64,000 nt of DNA from Anaerohalosphaeraceae bacterium (lineage in GTDB: Bacteria > Planctomycetota > Phycisphaerae > Sedimentisphaerales > Anaerohalosphaeraceae), in the NCBI GenBank assembly GCA_963675525.2, contig CAXXSL010000016.1, positions 64,001 to 128,000 of the forward strand, written 5' to 3'. Under the pieces are notes generated by a model. That model did no database searches. It worked only from the letters and a program-made list of their open reading frames with translations, and was not told where the DNA came from. Both the position numbers and the translations under genes were made by a program. Positions 29,845 to 39,215 of this stretch are shown here, piece after piece. Each line of letters starts with the position of its first letter. Position 1 is the stretch's first letter.

Positions 29845-30894
29845 GTGATTTGGGACACAATTCTGGGCTGGTTCAGCAAGGATATGGGCATCGACCTGGG
29901 TACATGTAACACCCTTGTCTGCGTCAAGAACGAAGGTATCGTCCTGAATGAACCCTCCGTTGTCGCGGTGCGTAAAGGAACCAATCTTGTGCTGAATAAC
30001 GGCGAGGCCGTAGGCATGGTTGCCAAAGACATGCTGGGTAAGACGCCCGGTTCGATCACCGCCATTCGCCCCCTCAAAGACGGCGTTATCAGCGATTTCG
30101 AGATCACCGAAGCAATGCTGAGCTACTTCATCCGCAAGGTTCACGGACGCGGCAGCCTGTTTCGTCCGCGTGTGGTGATCGCGGTTCCCAGCGGCATTAC
30201 TGCCGTGGAACGCCGCGCGGTGATCGACAGTGCCGAACGGGCCGGAGCGAGAAAAGTGTACCTGGTCGATGAACCGATGGCCGCAGGCATTGGTGCCGGA
30301 TTGCCTATTACCGAACCCACCGCTTCCATGATCGTCGATATCGGCGGCGGTACAACCGAAGTAGCGATCATGAGTTTGGCCGACATCAGCACCTGTGAAT
30401 CGATTCGCATCGGCGGCGACAATTTTGACGAAGCCCTGATCAACCATCTCAAACGAACCTACAACTTGCTGATCGGTGAGTCACGGGCCGAACAGGTTAA
30501 GGTTCAGATCGGCTCAGCAGCGCCACTGGAACAGGAACTGACAATGGAAATCGCCGGACGTGATACCATTTCAGGCTTGCCCCGTAAAATCGTTATCACC
30601 AGCGAAGAAATTCGCGAAGCCTTCAAGGAACCGATTGCCGGGATCATTGAAACCGTCATGCGTACACTGGAGCGAGCCGAACCGGAATTGGCAGCCGACC
30701 TGATCGAAAACGGTGTCACGCTTTGCGGGGGCGGATCGCTGCTGCGGGGAATGGACAAAGTCCTCTCTAATGCCACGGGCTTGAAAGTCGGCCATGCGGA
30801 AGATCCTTTGACGGCCGTTGCACGGGGGACCAGCGTCTATTTGGAAAACCTGGAACTGTGGAAAGACACACTGGATAATTCCGACTGGGACTAA
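29845..30894 (+). CDS. mreB: Rod shape-determining protein MreB
   Basis: GIDLGT, IRPLKDGVI, DIGGGTTE; GTG start after GGGAG. Confidence 0.97.
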   Translation: MIWDTILGWFSKDMGIDLGTCNTLVCVKNEGIVLNEPSVVAVRKGTNLVLNNGEAVGMVAKDMLGKTPGSITAIRPLKDGVISDFEITEAMLSYFIRKVHGRGSLFRPRVVIAVPSGITAVERRAVIDSAERAGARKVYLVDEPMAAGIGAGLPITEPTASMIVDIGGGTTEVAIMSLADISTCESIRIGGDNFDEALINHLKRTYNLLIGESRAEQVKVQIGSAAPLEQELTMEIAGRDTISGLPRKIVITSEEIREAFKEPIAGIIETVMRTLERAEPELAADLIENGVTLCGGGSLLRGMDKVLSNATGLKVGHAEDPLTAVARGTSVYLENLELWKDTLDNSDWD

Positions 30895-30972
30895 GGCATG
30901 AAGCAGAGCCCCGGCCAAAAAGACAGGTCAACAATCATTGTACGGGTTATTCTGAGATAGAAATTCCATGTT

Positions 30973-31797
30973 ATGGCGGGCAGAAATTTTCATCTTTCAA
31001 ATGGAAGCTTGTTTTTCACCTGGCTCATCGCAGGCATCATGATCCTGATCCTGCCGCTGACCCTTACCTCTCGCATTAACTTTCTTTTCCTTAAGACATT
31101 TTCTCCTCTGCTGCAGTTGGGACGACAGGTCCAGATTAGTACCTTTTCCTCAGGCTCCGGACAAGAAGAGGTTGTCAGCAAAGCAGAATACGATAAACTC
31201 CGGAAAACGTATAATAATATGCACGCCCAGTTGATGCAATTACACCAGGACTATGAAACACTTTCTCAAATACAATCGGGATTACCGCAGCCTTTCAATA
31301 AAAGTAAACTGATCCTGGCCCGTGTTGCCAATAGGGTTGGAGGCTTCTCGCACGAAATTATTCTTAACAAGGGAATGGACGCCGGTGTTAAACAGGGCCA
31401 ATATGTCCTGTCTGCCGGTCATGACAGCATTGTGGGAGTGGTGTCTGATACCGCCGAGTCTCTTGCCAAAGTCCGGCTTTTAACCGACAGCAGTCAAAGT
31501 ATCGAGATCCGTATTCGCCGGGAAGGCACTGGCATGGACATTGACTGGCTGATGACCGGCGATGGAAAAGATGGGTGCAAAATTTCCCGCATCCCAAAAA
31601 AGAAGGATATCCAAGTCGGCGATAGCGTTTTCGCCGCCGCACGACCGGGCCTTCTAAATGTTCCCGTGATCATTGGCACCATTGTTGAAGTCCGGCCGGA
31701 CGAACAACATCCCCTGCTGTGGGATATCCGGGTTGAGTTGATCGATAACATGAAAGAATTGAATGACGTTGCGGTCATCGCAACAGAAGAGTTTTAA
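30973..31797 (+). CDS. mreC: Rod shape-determining protein MreC
   Basis: TM, coiled coil, ILNKGMDAGV, VRLLTD; position after mreB. Confidence 0.88.
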   Translation: MAGRNFHLSNGSLFFTWLIAGIMILILPLTLTSRINFLFLKTFSPLLQLGRQVQISTFSSGSGQEEVVSKAEYDKLRKTYNNMHAQLMQLHQDYETLSQIQSGLPQPFNKSKLILARVANRVGGFSHEIILNKGMDAGVKQGQYVLSAGHDSIVGVVSDTAESLAKVRLLTDSSQSIEIRIRREGTGMDIDWLMTGDGKDGCKISRIPKKKDIQVGDSVFAAARPGLLNVPVIIGTIVEVRPDEQHPLLWDIRVELIDNMKELNDVAVIATEEF

Positions 31798-31819
31798 CTT
31801 AAGGAAACCCAATAACCCT

Positions 31820-32335
31820 ATGCGATGGTTTTCGTTTACAATTATTTTACTGGTCGCGACAATCCTGGAGGCGGGAAATCTATTGAACCTGCTGGCCGTT
31901 GGTGATTGGCACGTTCGTCCGCATGTATTGATCACCCTGTTGGTTTATTATGCCGTGGTTTGCAGTCCGTCTGAAGCCATCAACTGTTGTTTTCTGATCG
32001 GCCTTGCCGCCGACCTCAGCAGCGGTTTTCTGGGACCCCACATGATCTGTTACGGCCTGGCAGGCGCTCTTCTCAACCAAAGCGCACCCATGCTGACAAT
32101 GAAACGGCCCGTCCACAAAGCCTTGTTCGTTTTTTTGACATTTATGGCGACCGAAACCGCGGCATACTGGCTGGAACTTCTGAAAACCCATGACAGCCGT
32201 CCTCATATTTACTGGAACCTGTTTTTAACGGCAGTGTATTCAGCGGTTCTATGCCCCTTTATCTGGTCGGCATTATCGTCCCTTTCAAAACGGAAACGGA
32301 AAAATCATTCACGGTCGCAACGAATCTATCACTAA
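31820..32335 (+). CDS. mreD: Rod shape-determining protein MreD
   Basis: Multi-TM protein with GLAADL motif; between mreC and pbp2. Confidence 0.85.
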   Translation: MRWFSFTIILLVATILEAGNLLNLLAVGDWHVRPHVLITLLVYYAVVCSPSEAINCCFLIGLAADLSSGFLGPHMICYGLAGALLNQSAPMLTMKRPVHKALFVFLTFMATETAAYWLELLKTHDSRPHIYWNLFLTAVYSAVLCPFIWSALSSLSKRKRKNHSRSQRIYH

Positions 32336-32341
32336 GTCACG

Positions 32342-34441
32342 ATGTATCATCAGCGATTAAAAATATTTATATTTTTATGTGTCGGCGGGCTGGTCATTAC
32401 CGTCAGTCGCCTGCTGACCCTGCAGACAGTTGACGTCCAGCAGGCTCGGCAAAATATCGAGCAACTCCGCATTCTGCCCCCCGAACAACGTCCCACCATA
32501 CGCGGCAAAATACTGGATCGATACGAACAGCCAATCGCACTCGATGAGCCTGTTTTTTTTCTGCAGGTTAACTATCAACTAACCCGTTATCTGGATGAAC
32601 GATGGCGGCAGGCCCGGATTCAGCGGGAACTTAACGAAGACGAAACACGCCTCGAAGTTGAAATGCGGCTACTGGAAGAATGGAAAGAGCCGACCGAACA
32701 ATTGAAACTGATGATCGAACTGGCCAGTCTGCTCGCCGGCGTTTCCAGAGACGAAATTGAACAGGAAATTACCGAGATTAACGACCGCATCTGGGAAATG
32801 GGCAGACGCATCTGGTGGCGGCGGCGACACCGAGACGCTTCCTGGGATACGTACTTTGCGACCTGCGATTTAATTGAGCCGGAAAAGATCGTCACAGTTG
32901 ATTTATACGAGATGCACAAGAGCTATCCGCTGATCGAATTAAAAACCGAACAGGAACTGATCCGGGCACAGTTGGCGCTAATTGATCTGGAGGGCATTGA
33001 GATCAAACCCCAAGCCAAACGCTCTTATCCGTACGGTCCTGCCGCCAGCCAGTTGATCGGCTGGGTCGGACCGGCTCACGAAAGCGATATGAGCCTGTTT
33101 GAAGATGATGAGTACATGTATTACCTGCCGGGCGAGGTATTGGGAAAAGCCGGGATCGAACGCATCTATGAACCCTATCTGCGGGGTCGCCGCGGAATGG
33201 TGCTCTACGATAAGGACGGCATTCTCCTTGAGCGTAAAGAACCGGAATACGGACACGATGTGCAGTTAACTATCGACATCGAACTGCAGCGAAAGATCGA
33301 GACACTGCTGGCTGACCCGGCCCAGAATCACAGGGGAAAACCCTCCGCCGCCGTCGTGCTGGAAGCGGCCCGAAATGAGATTTTGGCCATCGCCTCGCAT
33401 CCGACTTTTGACCTGAACACCATTCGCCAGAACTACGACACGGTCTTTAATGATCCGAATGCCCCGATGACCCACCTCGCTCTCGAAAAAAATTATCCGC
33501 CCGGTTCCACTGCCAAACCCATCATCATGACCGCCGGACTGGAGGAAAAGAAGACCTGGCCGGATGAGGTGATCTCGTGCAGTTGCTACAATATTCCCTC
33601 CGGCAGTTGGCCCCGATGCATTCTACAGCGAAAATTTCATACCTGTCACGATATCCTGTGGCAAAATAACGGGCGAAACGCCATTCGGGGAAGCTGCAAT
33701 GTGTACTTTTCGCGACTGGCGGATCGATTAGACCGTCTGGACCTGCAGCAGTGGTTTTACCGCTTCGGCTATGGGCAAAAGATTCTCCCGACGCCGGTGC
33801 CGACCGATATGCCCACCCATACATCTCTGATGGGCCGAATTCCGCAGGCTCATGGAAGCATCATTTACGGCCTCCAGTTTGACCCGATTATGGATATCCA
33901 TGACATCCCCATCATCCCGAGTTCGAGAGAATCGGAAAAACGGTTCTGGGGCATCGGACAGGGAAATCTGCGAGCCACGGTCCTGCAGGTTGCCAACGCC
34001 CTCTCGGCGATCGTGCGAAACGGGGTCTATAAATCTCCACGTCTGATCTATGATGACAGCGACCCTTTTAATGACAGGGGCAGACGTCAAATTCCGGTTT
34101 CCTCCGGAAGCCTTTCGGTCGTCCGAGACGGTATGCACGCTGTCATCAATGAAACCAATGGAACCGCCTACAAAGAGTTCAGGAATTCGGTCTTGTTCGA
34201 TCGGGATATGACCCTTTACGGTAAAACCGGTTCCACTGAAAACCCCAGTGTGGCTTGGTTTGAATCGTTTGCCGAAGATGACATGGGACGGGCAATCGTG
34301 GTTGTTGTTTTGGTGGAAGGCGGACAAAGCGGTGCCGGCGAGGCAGCGCCTTTAGGTCGATTAATTCTTGGCATTTGCAATGAAGCCGGTTATATCGGCA
34401 CAAAACCTACGGCTGAACCGGCTGCGGAGCCGGGGAATTAA
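32342..34441 (+). CDS. mrdA: Class B penicillin-binding protein (PBP2-like)
   Basis: RGKILDR; STAK, SCN and KTG catalytic motifs; mre context. Confidence 0.88.
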   Translation: MYHQRLKIFIFLCVGGLVITVSRLLTLQTVDVQQARQNIEQLRILPPEQRPTIRGKILDRYEQPIALDEPVFFLQVNYQLTRYLDERWRQARIQRELNEDETRLEVEMRLLEEWKEPTEQLKLMIELASLLAGVSRDEIEQEITEINDRIWEMGRRIWWRRRHRDASWDTYFATCDLIEPEKIVTVDLYEMHKSYPLIELKTEQELIRAQLALIDLEGIEIKPQAKRSYPYGPAASQLIGWVGPAHESDMSLFEDDEYMYYLPGEVLGKAGIERIYEPYLRGRRGMVLYDKDGILLERKEPEYGHDVQLTIDIELQRKIETLLADPAQNHRGKPSAAVVLEAARNEILAIASHPTFDLNTIRQNYDTVFNDPNAPMTHLALEKNYPPGSTAKPIIMTAGLEEKKTWPDEVISCSCYNIPSGSWPRCILQRKFHTCHDILWQNNGRNAIRGSCNVYFSRLADRLDRLDLQQWFYRFGYGQKILPTPVPTDMPTHTSLMGRIPQAHGSIIYGLQFDPIMDIHDIPIIPSSRESEKRFWGIGQGNLRATVLQVANALSAIVRNGVYKSPRLIYDDSDPFNDRGRRQIPVSSGSLSVVRDGMHAVINETNGTAYKEFRNSVLFDRDMTLYGKTGSTENPSVAWFESFAEDDMGRAIVVVVLVEGGQSGAGEAAPLGRLILGICNEAGYIGTKPTAEPAAEPGN

Positions 34442-36152
34442 GTACCCCCAGATAATTCAGCGTATTTTCAAGAATGTCCCGGACCACCGGGGCCGCTACA
34501 CGCCCGCCGCTGTACCCCTTGCCCAGTGCACGGTTGGGTTTTCGAATCGATACCAGTACAACCACCGCCGGCTTTTCAGCTGGCGCCCCGCCCGCAAAAG
34601 ACGCTACATAGTTCGTGGTATCATAGCCGCCTGTCGACAGTGCGATATTGGCCGTTCCGGTTTTCCCGAATACCTGACAATTTTTCAACGCCGCCTGGTC
34701 ACCCGTACCTTCATTGACAACATCGCTCAGTGCTTTTTGCACCATCCAGTCGGCCACTTCCTTCTTGAGGACATAGCCTGTTTTTATTGCGGGCCGGCGA
34801 TCTTCGATGATCGTGCCCTGCGTATCCACAATCGCCCTGACAACGTGCGGCTTAACCACATATCCCCCATTGGCAAAAATACTGTAAGCTCGGCATATTT
34901 GCAGCGGGGTGACCATCACTTCATGTCCATAGGAAATGCGTGTTTCGCTCCAGCCGCGTTCCCACTCGGATAACGGCCAAACCAACCCAGGCGCTTCCCC
35001 CGGTAGATCAATGCCGGTCTTACTTGAAAAGCCAAACAGCTTTAATCCGTCATATAATTTCTTCTGACCCATTTTCAAAGCGATCTTCGCCATCCCGATA
35101 TTACTTGAATGCATTAGTATCTCACGAACTGCCAGATGGCCATATTGATGGTTGCCGAATTCGCCGATTTTATAACGCGCATAATAACCGTTCTCGCAAT
35201 CGAACTTTTCATCGTAGCCGATCGCGTCGGCATCCAGCGCAATTGCCGCAACGATAGGCTTGAAAATGCTGCCCGGTTCAAAGGGGTCCGTCAATGACCG
35301 GTTTCTCATCAAATCCTGCGGCGTCGTCGCAAAATTGACCGGGTCATAATCCGGCAGCGACACCATCGCCAAAATCGCCCCCGTCCACGGGTCCATGACG
35401 ATACCCACGGCCGATTCGGCTTCATATTCCTGCATCTTTTGCTGCAGCGCTTCATGGACAAACCGCTGGATCACCACATCGATGGTCAAAACAAGATTCT
35501 GGCCATCTTTGGCATCGGCGGACTCAACCGGCTGAATGCCGATCGGGCGCCGGAAATTGTCAACCACGAAAAGATCCTGCCCCCGCGTGCCGGAAAGGGT
35601 CTCCTCGAATTTCATCTCCAAACCGGACAGCCCTTTATTTTCGGCCCCCACAAAACCCAACAGATGTCCTGCCAGATAACCAGCCGGATAATAACGCTTC
35701 CAGTCCGGCGCAATACCAACCCCCGGAATATGGCTTTTTTCAATCTGTTTTTTTTCTTCCAGACTGATATCCCGCTTGATCCTGACGTATCCCGGATTAT
35801 TCGCTGAGTCGATCTGTTCACAAATTTTGTATCCCGGCTCGCCGAGAATGCCCTGAAGCGCAGAGGCGGACAACTTCAGCTGTTCGGGGTCATTCATCAA
35901 TTGGCGCGGTTCAGCAAACGCATTGTATGTCTTCACACTGGCCGCGAGAACTCTTCCCCGGACATCAAGGATCAGACCACGTCGGGGATTTTGCGGCACA
36001 ATGGCACTGCGTTGCCGCTGACTGCTTTGTGTATACTCCGCTTTAAGGGTGATTTGCAAATGGACCAGCCGCCAGACTAATAATCCAAAGCAAACAACGG
36101 TTGCGGTCATGAAAACCGGAAGTAACCACACCTGTTGTCTTCTGGCGATCAT
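34407..36152 (-). CDS. ftsI: Class B penicillin-binding protein (FtsI/PBP3-like)
   Basis: RRGLILD, EPGSIFK, SSNIG, GKTGTA; ATGA overlap with the upstream gene. Confidence 0.9.
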   Translation of the reverse strand: MIARRQQVWLLPVFMTATVVCFGLLVWRLVHLQITLKAEYTQSSQRQRSAIVPQNPRRGLILDVRGRVLAASVKTYNAFAEPRQLMNDPEQLKLSASALQGILGEPGYKICEQIDSANNPGYVRIKRDISLEEKKQIEKSHIPGVGIAPDWKRYYPAGYLAGHLLGFVGAENKGLSGLEMKFEETLSGTRGQDLFVVDNFRRPIGIQPVESADAKDGQNLVLTIDVVIQRFVHEALQQKMQEYEAESAVGIVMDPWTGAILAMVSLPDYDPVNFATTPQDLMRNRSLTDPFEPGSIFKPIVAAIALDADAIGYDEKFDCENGYYARYKIGEFGNHQYGHLAVREILMHSSNIGMAKIALKMGQKKLYDGLKLFGFSSKTGIDLPGEAPGLVWPLSEWERGWSETRISYGHEVMVTPLQICRAYSIFANGGYVVKPHVVRAIVDTQGTIIEDRRPAIKTGYVLKKEVADWMVQKALSDVVNEGTGDQAALKNCQVFGKTGTANIALSTGGYDTTNYVASFAGGAPAEKPAVVVLVSIRKPNRALGKGYSGGRVAAPVVRDILENTLNYLGVLNSPAPQPVQP

Positions 36153-36382
36153 TGAGCAGCTCCTGTCGGATTCGGCGAATTGGATGGCGGCAGGCCCGCC
36201 GGATTGACCAGACATTCAAAACGTAATTGTTTTTGCCAAAGCTGCTGCTTAAGTTCTTTTTGCTCGACCATCGCGCCCCGGGAGCGATTGAACATCCGGG
36301 CAGAGGAAGTGCGCAAATGAATCGTAAAAATCATAAAAGCTGTAACGGAAAATACGATGACGAGCATTCTCGAACGCGACAT
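36149..36382 (-). CDS. FtsL-like small bitopic protein
   Basis: TM plus short coiled coil immediately upstream of ftsI; call rests on position and architecture. Confidence 0.6.
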   Translation of the reverse strand: MSRSRMLVIVFSVTAFMIFTIHLRTSSARMFNRSRGAMVEQKELKQQLWQKQLRFECLVNPAGLPPSNSPNPTGAAQ

Positions 36383-36397
36383 GGGCCATAGCGCCTT

Positions 36398-37246
36398 TTA
36401 CCTGTTGGGAATTTTCAGATTCATTCCCACAATTAAGTCGTCGGACTCTTTGATGGTCGGATTCATTTTCTGAATTTCCGAATACTGATTTCCCTCTCCC
36501 AGCAACGCCTCGGCAATCCCCCACAGCGTGTCCCCCTCCTGAACCACATAGATCCGGGCGGAACTGCGGACACCACTCTGCTCGGCACGCTCAAAAAGAT
36601 TAGAAAATTTCTCCAGAAAAGTAGTTTCCGCTTCTGACGTTTTTGCTGAAGTCTTTCCTGCAGGCTGCAGTTTATTGTTCAGCAATTGATCGTATGGCGG
36701 AATTGTCAGTTTGTCACCAACAAAAATCTTATCCGGCGAACTCAGGACCTTTTGGTTTGCTTCGTACAGTTTTTGGATGACAATGCGTCGATTGCCCTCT
36801 TCCTTACCGTAATATTTTCGGGCGATCGCGGGAAGATTATCACCCGACTGAACAACATGGATGGTCTGTTTCGATGCCCCGACCGCAGATGTCTGTACTT
36901 GCCGTGAAATTGTCGGCACCCGAACAGCCGCAGACGCTATCTGTTCGGGAGAGATCAAGGCTGTCGAGTTCGATGAGGCCGAACCGTCATCCAGCACAAC
37001 CACTTCCCGGGGCAATTCGGTTTGACGAAGCGGAATATCCTGCTGACGAAGAGCCTGGACGGTTTCAAACAAACGATCATCAATCACAAGGTCGGATGCT
37101 TTGGGAATAGTAATTTCCGTCTCAACGGGATTTTCGGCAGACGCTTCCTGCAGAAACTTCGGGATCGGTAACCCCTCGATTAAGAATGCGATGATAAAAA
37201 TAAAAAACAGCCCCAGCAATAAACCTACCTTGGCGTCAGCGGTCAT
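36398..37246 (-). CDS. Membrane-anchored protein with two LysM domains
   Basis: HVVQSGDNLPAIARKYYG and YVVQEGDTLWGIAEALLG. Confidence 0.9.
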   Translation of the reverse strand: MTADAKVGLLLGLFFIFIIAFLIEGLPIPKFLQEASAENPVETEITIPKASDLVIDDRLFETVQALRQQDIPLRQTELPREVVVLDDGSASSNSTALISPEQIASAAVRVPTISRQVQTSAVGASKQTIHVVQSGDNLPAIARKYYGKEEGNRRIVIQKLYEANQKVLSSPDKIFVGDKLTIPPYDQLLNNKLQPAGKTSAKTSEAETTFLEKFSNLFERAEQSGVRSSARIYVVQEGDTLWGIAEALLGEGNQYSEIQKMNPTIKESDDLIVGMNLKIPNR

Positions 37247-37272
37247 GTCAACAACTCCCTTTGTCCTCTACC

Positions 37273-38202
37273 TTAATCTGTTATACGTCTAGCGATTCGC
37301 AGTTTTGCACTCCGTGAACGAGGATTTTGTCGAATTTCATCCCGGTCTGCGATAATCGGTTTTTTTGTTAGAATTTCATAGAGCCCGTCGCTTTTATATT
37401 GACGGAAACTGTTTTTCACCAGTCTGTCTTCCAGGCTGTGAAAACTGATGATGGCGATCATTCCGCCGGGTTTCAGCAGAGTCGGCCCTGTTTGAAGCAG
37501 CCGTTCCAGGCAATCCAGCTCACGGTTCACAGCAATCCGCAGGGCCTGAAAAGTCCGCGTCGCCGGATGAATGCGTCCGGGGCGGGACGGCTGCTTCAGC
37601 GCCCGGCAGACCAACGACGCCAATTCCGTTGTCGTCGTGATCTTCTTTTGCGAACGCTGGTCAATGATGAACCGAGCAATCCTCCGTGACGCCCGGTCCT
37701 CTCCGTACTTGTAAATCAAATCCGCCAGTTCCGTCTGGCTAAGTTTGTTCACCAACTCCGCCGCTGTTGTCGTTAACCGTTTATCCAGCCGCATATCCAG
37801 CGGCATCGGTTTCTGGAAGCTCAGACCCAGGTCCGCGTCTTCCATTTGGGCCGAACAAAAACCAAGATCGGCCAAAATCGCGTCAACCGGCCCCATGCCC
37901 TGCTGTGCGAGAACCGTCTCGACCTTTTCAAAATTCTCGCGAACCAGCGTGACCCGGCACGGCAGGTCGGATAAAATCGACTGGGCCCTTTGGATACTGT
38001 TTTGATCCACATCCAGCCCCAGAAGGTTACCCTCAGGGCCCAATTGTCGGCCGATCAGCAGGCTGTGACCTCCGTGTCCAACCGTAGCATCGACCAGAAT
38101 CCCATCCATGGGAAGTTGAATCCATTCAAGCAGAGGTTCCGTTAAAACCGGAACGTGACCGGACAACGCTTCATCCCTGTCGTTGTCACTTTCTGCTGTC
38201 AT
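37273..38202 (-). CDS. rsmH: 16S rRNA m4C1402 methyltransferase
   Basis: HVPVL, DATVGHGGHS, PLDMR, FQALRIAVN, NPRSRSAKLR. Confidence 0.97.
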   Translation of the reverse strand: MTAESDNDRDEALSGHVPVLTEPLLEWIQLPMDGILVDATVGHGGHSLLIGRQLGPEGNLLGLDVDQNSIQRAQSILSDLPCRVTLVRENFEKVETVLAQQGMGPVDAILADLGFCSAQMEDADLGLSFQKPMPLDMRLDKRLTTTAAELVNKLSQTELADLIYKYGEDRASRRIARFIIDQRSQKKITTTTELASLVCRALKQPSRPGRIHPATRTFQALRIAVNRELDCLERLLQTGPTLLKPGGMIAIISFHSLEDRLVKNSFRQYKSDGLYEILTKKPIIADRDEIRQNPRSRSAKLRIARRITD

Positions 38203-38228
38203 TTTCTAATCCGGATTGTGAAAGAACA

Positions 38229-38438
38229 TCAATTCGCTAATGCCGCCATGTGGGCTGCCAGCAGGGCCTCCACTTCAGGCGAAAATGTAATCGCCTCAAA
38301 TGCGGGATTGGTCATTTTCAGCCGCTGGAGTTTGCCGGCAAGAATGACCGCAGAGGCCGCAACATCTTCATCCATGAGACGCTGGCCGCTGATTCCCTCT
38401 CGGAGAACGTCAACCGGTTCCTGCAATTGATTGTACAT
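38229..38438 (-). CDS. 69-aa hypothetical protein inside the dcw leader
   Basis: AGGAGG RBS; fills the mraZ-rsmH gap. Confidence 0.7.
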   Translation of the reverse strand: MYNQLQEPVDVLREGISGQRLMDEDVAASAVILAGKLQRLKMTNPAFEAITFSPEVEALLAAHMAALAN

Positions 38439-38458
38439 AATGCCCTCCTAAAAAATTA

Positions 38459-38935
38459 TTATTCCAATTCTCGACTTTGACGCTGAAGCTGCCTTTGCCT
38501 GGCCTCAGCAAGCTGATTGTGATGCTGGTTCAGATTATCTTCCAGATAACCTTCCCAGTCGTCGGTGTTCCACAGTTCGATATGATCTCGAACACCCACC
38601 AGCGTCAGGGTGGTTCCCAAACCGGCCCGGCGCCGCAACTTATCATTAATTAACAATCGTCCCTGTCGATCCAATTCAACCCTGCTGGCCAACGCAAAAC
38701 TCAACCGCTCGAAAGCGATCGATTCGTCCGGGGCGCCCATCCCTGGCGCACCGACAAGGGCGATTTGCTGAAAATACTTTTCGGGGTAAAGACACAGAAC
38801 ACCGTTGGGCCCCATGGCTAAATAGAAATCGCTGCCGTAGGTTTCGGCATCGATCTGGCTTCGGAGCTTGTTCGAAATGAAAAGCCGATTCTTTTCATCA
38901 ACTGAATGCTCGTATTCACCTGTTAACATTAGCAT
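38459..38935 (-). CDS. mraZ: Transcriptional regulator MraZ
   Basis: GEYEHSVDEKNRL, ELDRQGRLLI, GVRDHIELW. Confidence 0.95.
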   Translation of the reverse strand: MLMLTGEYEHSVDEKNRLFISNKLRSQIDAETYGSDFYLAMGPNGVLCLYPEKYFQQIALVGAPGMGAPDESIAFERLSFALASRVELDRQGRLLINDKLRRRAGLGTTLTLVGVRDHIELWNTDDWEGYLEDNLNQHHNQLAEARQRQLQRQSRELE

Positions 38936-38944
38936 GATATTTAT

Positions 38945-38998
38945 CCCACGGGATTATCTATTTATGGGAAATACTACCACTTCTTCCCACTTAGTCAA
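38945..38998 (-). promoter_or_regulatory. mraZ promoter with MraZ-box-like GTGG repeats
   Basis: TTGACT-AAGTGGGAAGAAGTGG-TAGTAT; two GTGG units 10 bp apart and a third GTGGG near the start codon. Confidence 0.65.
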
Positions 38999-39215
38999 TA
39001 CTAAAAAATCGGCTTTTTGGGATTATTTTCTGAATAAATACTTAAAATTAAATGATTTAAAGGGAAACCGGAGTAGTGGAAATCACTATATATTTACTTT
39101 GGGCGGCAAGGAGCCACTACATCTTGTTGTTTTCAGGTTTTGTAAAAAAACTTATTTGACGGTTTTTTGAGGACAATGCGATTGCATAAGAATCTTTTGC
39201 AGAAATGTTAACAAA

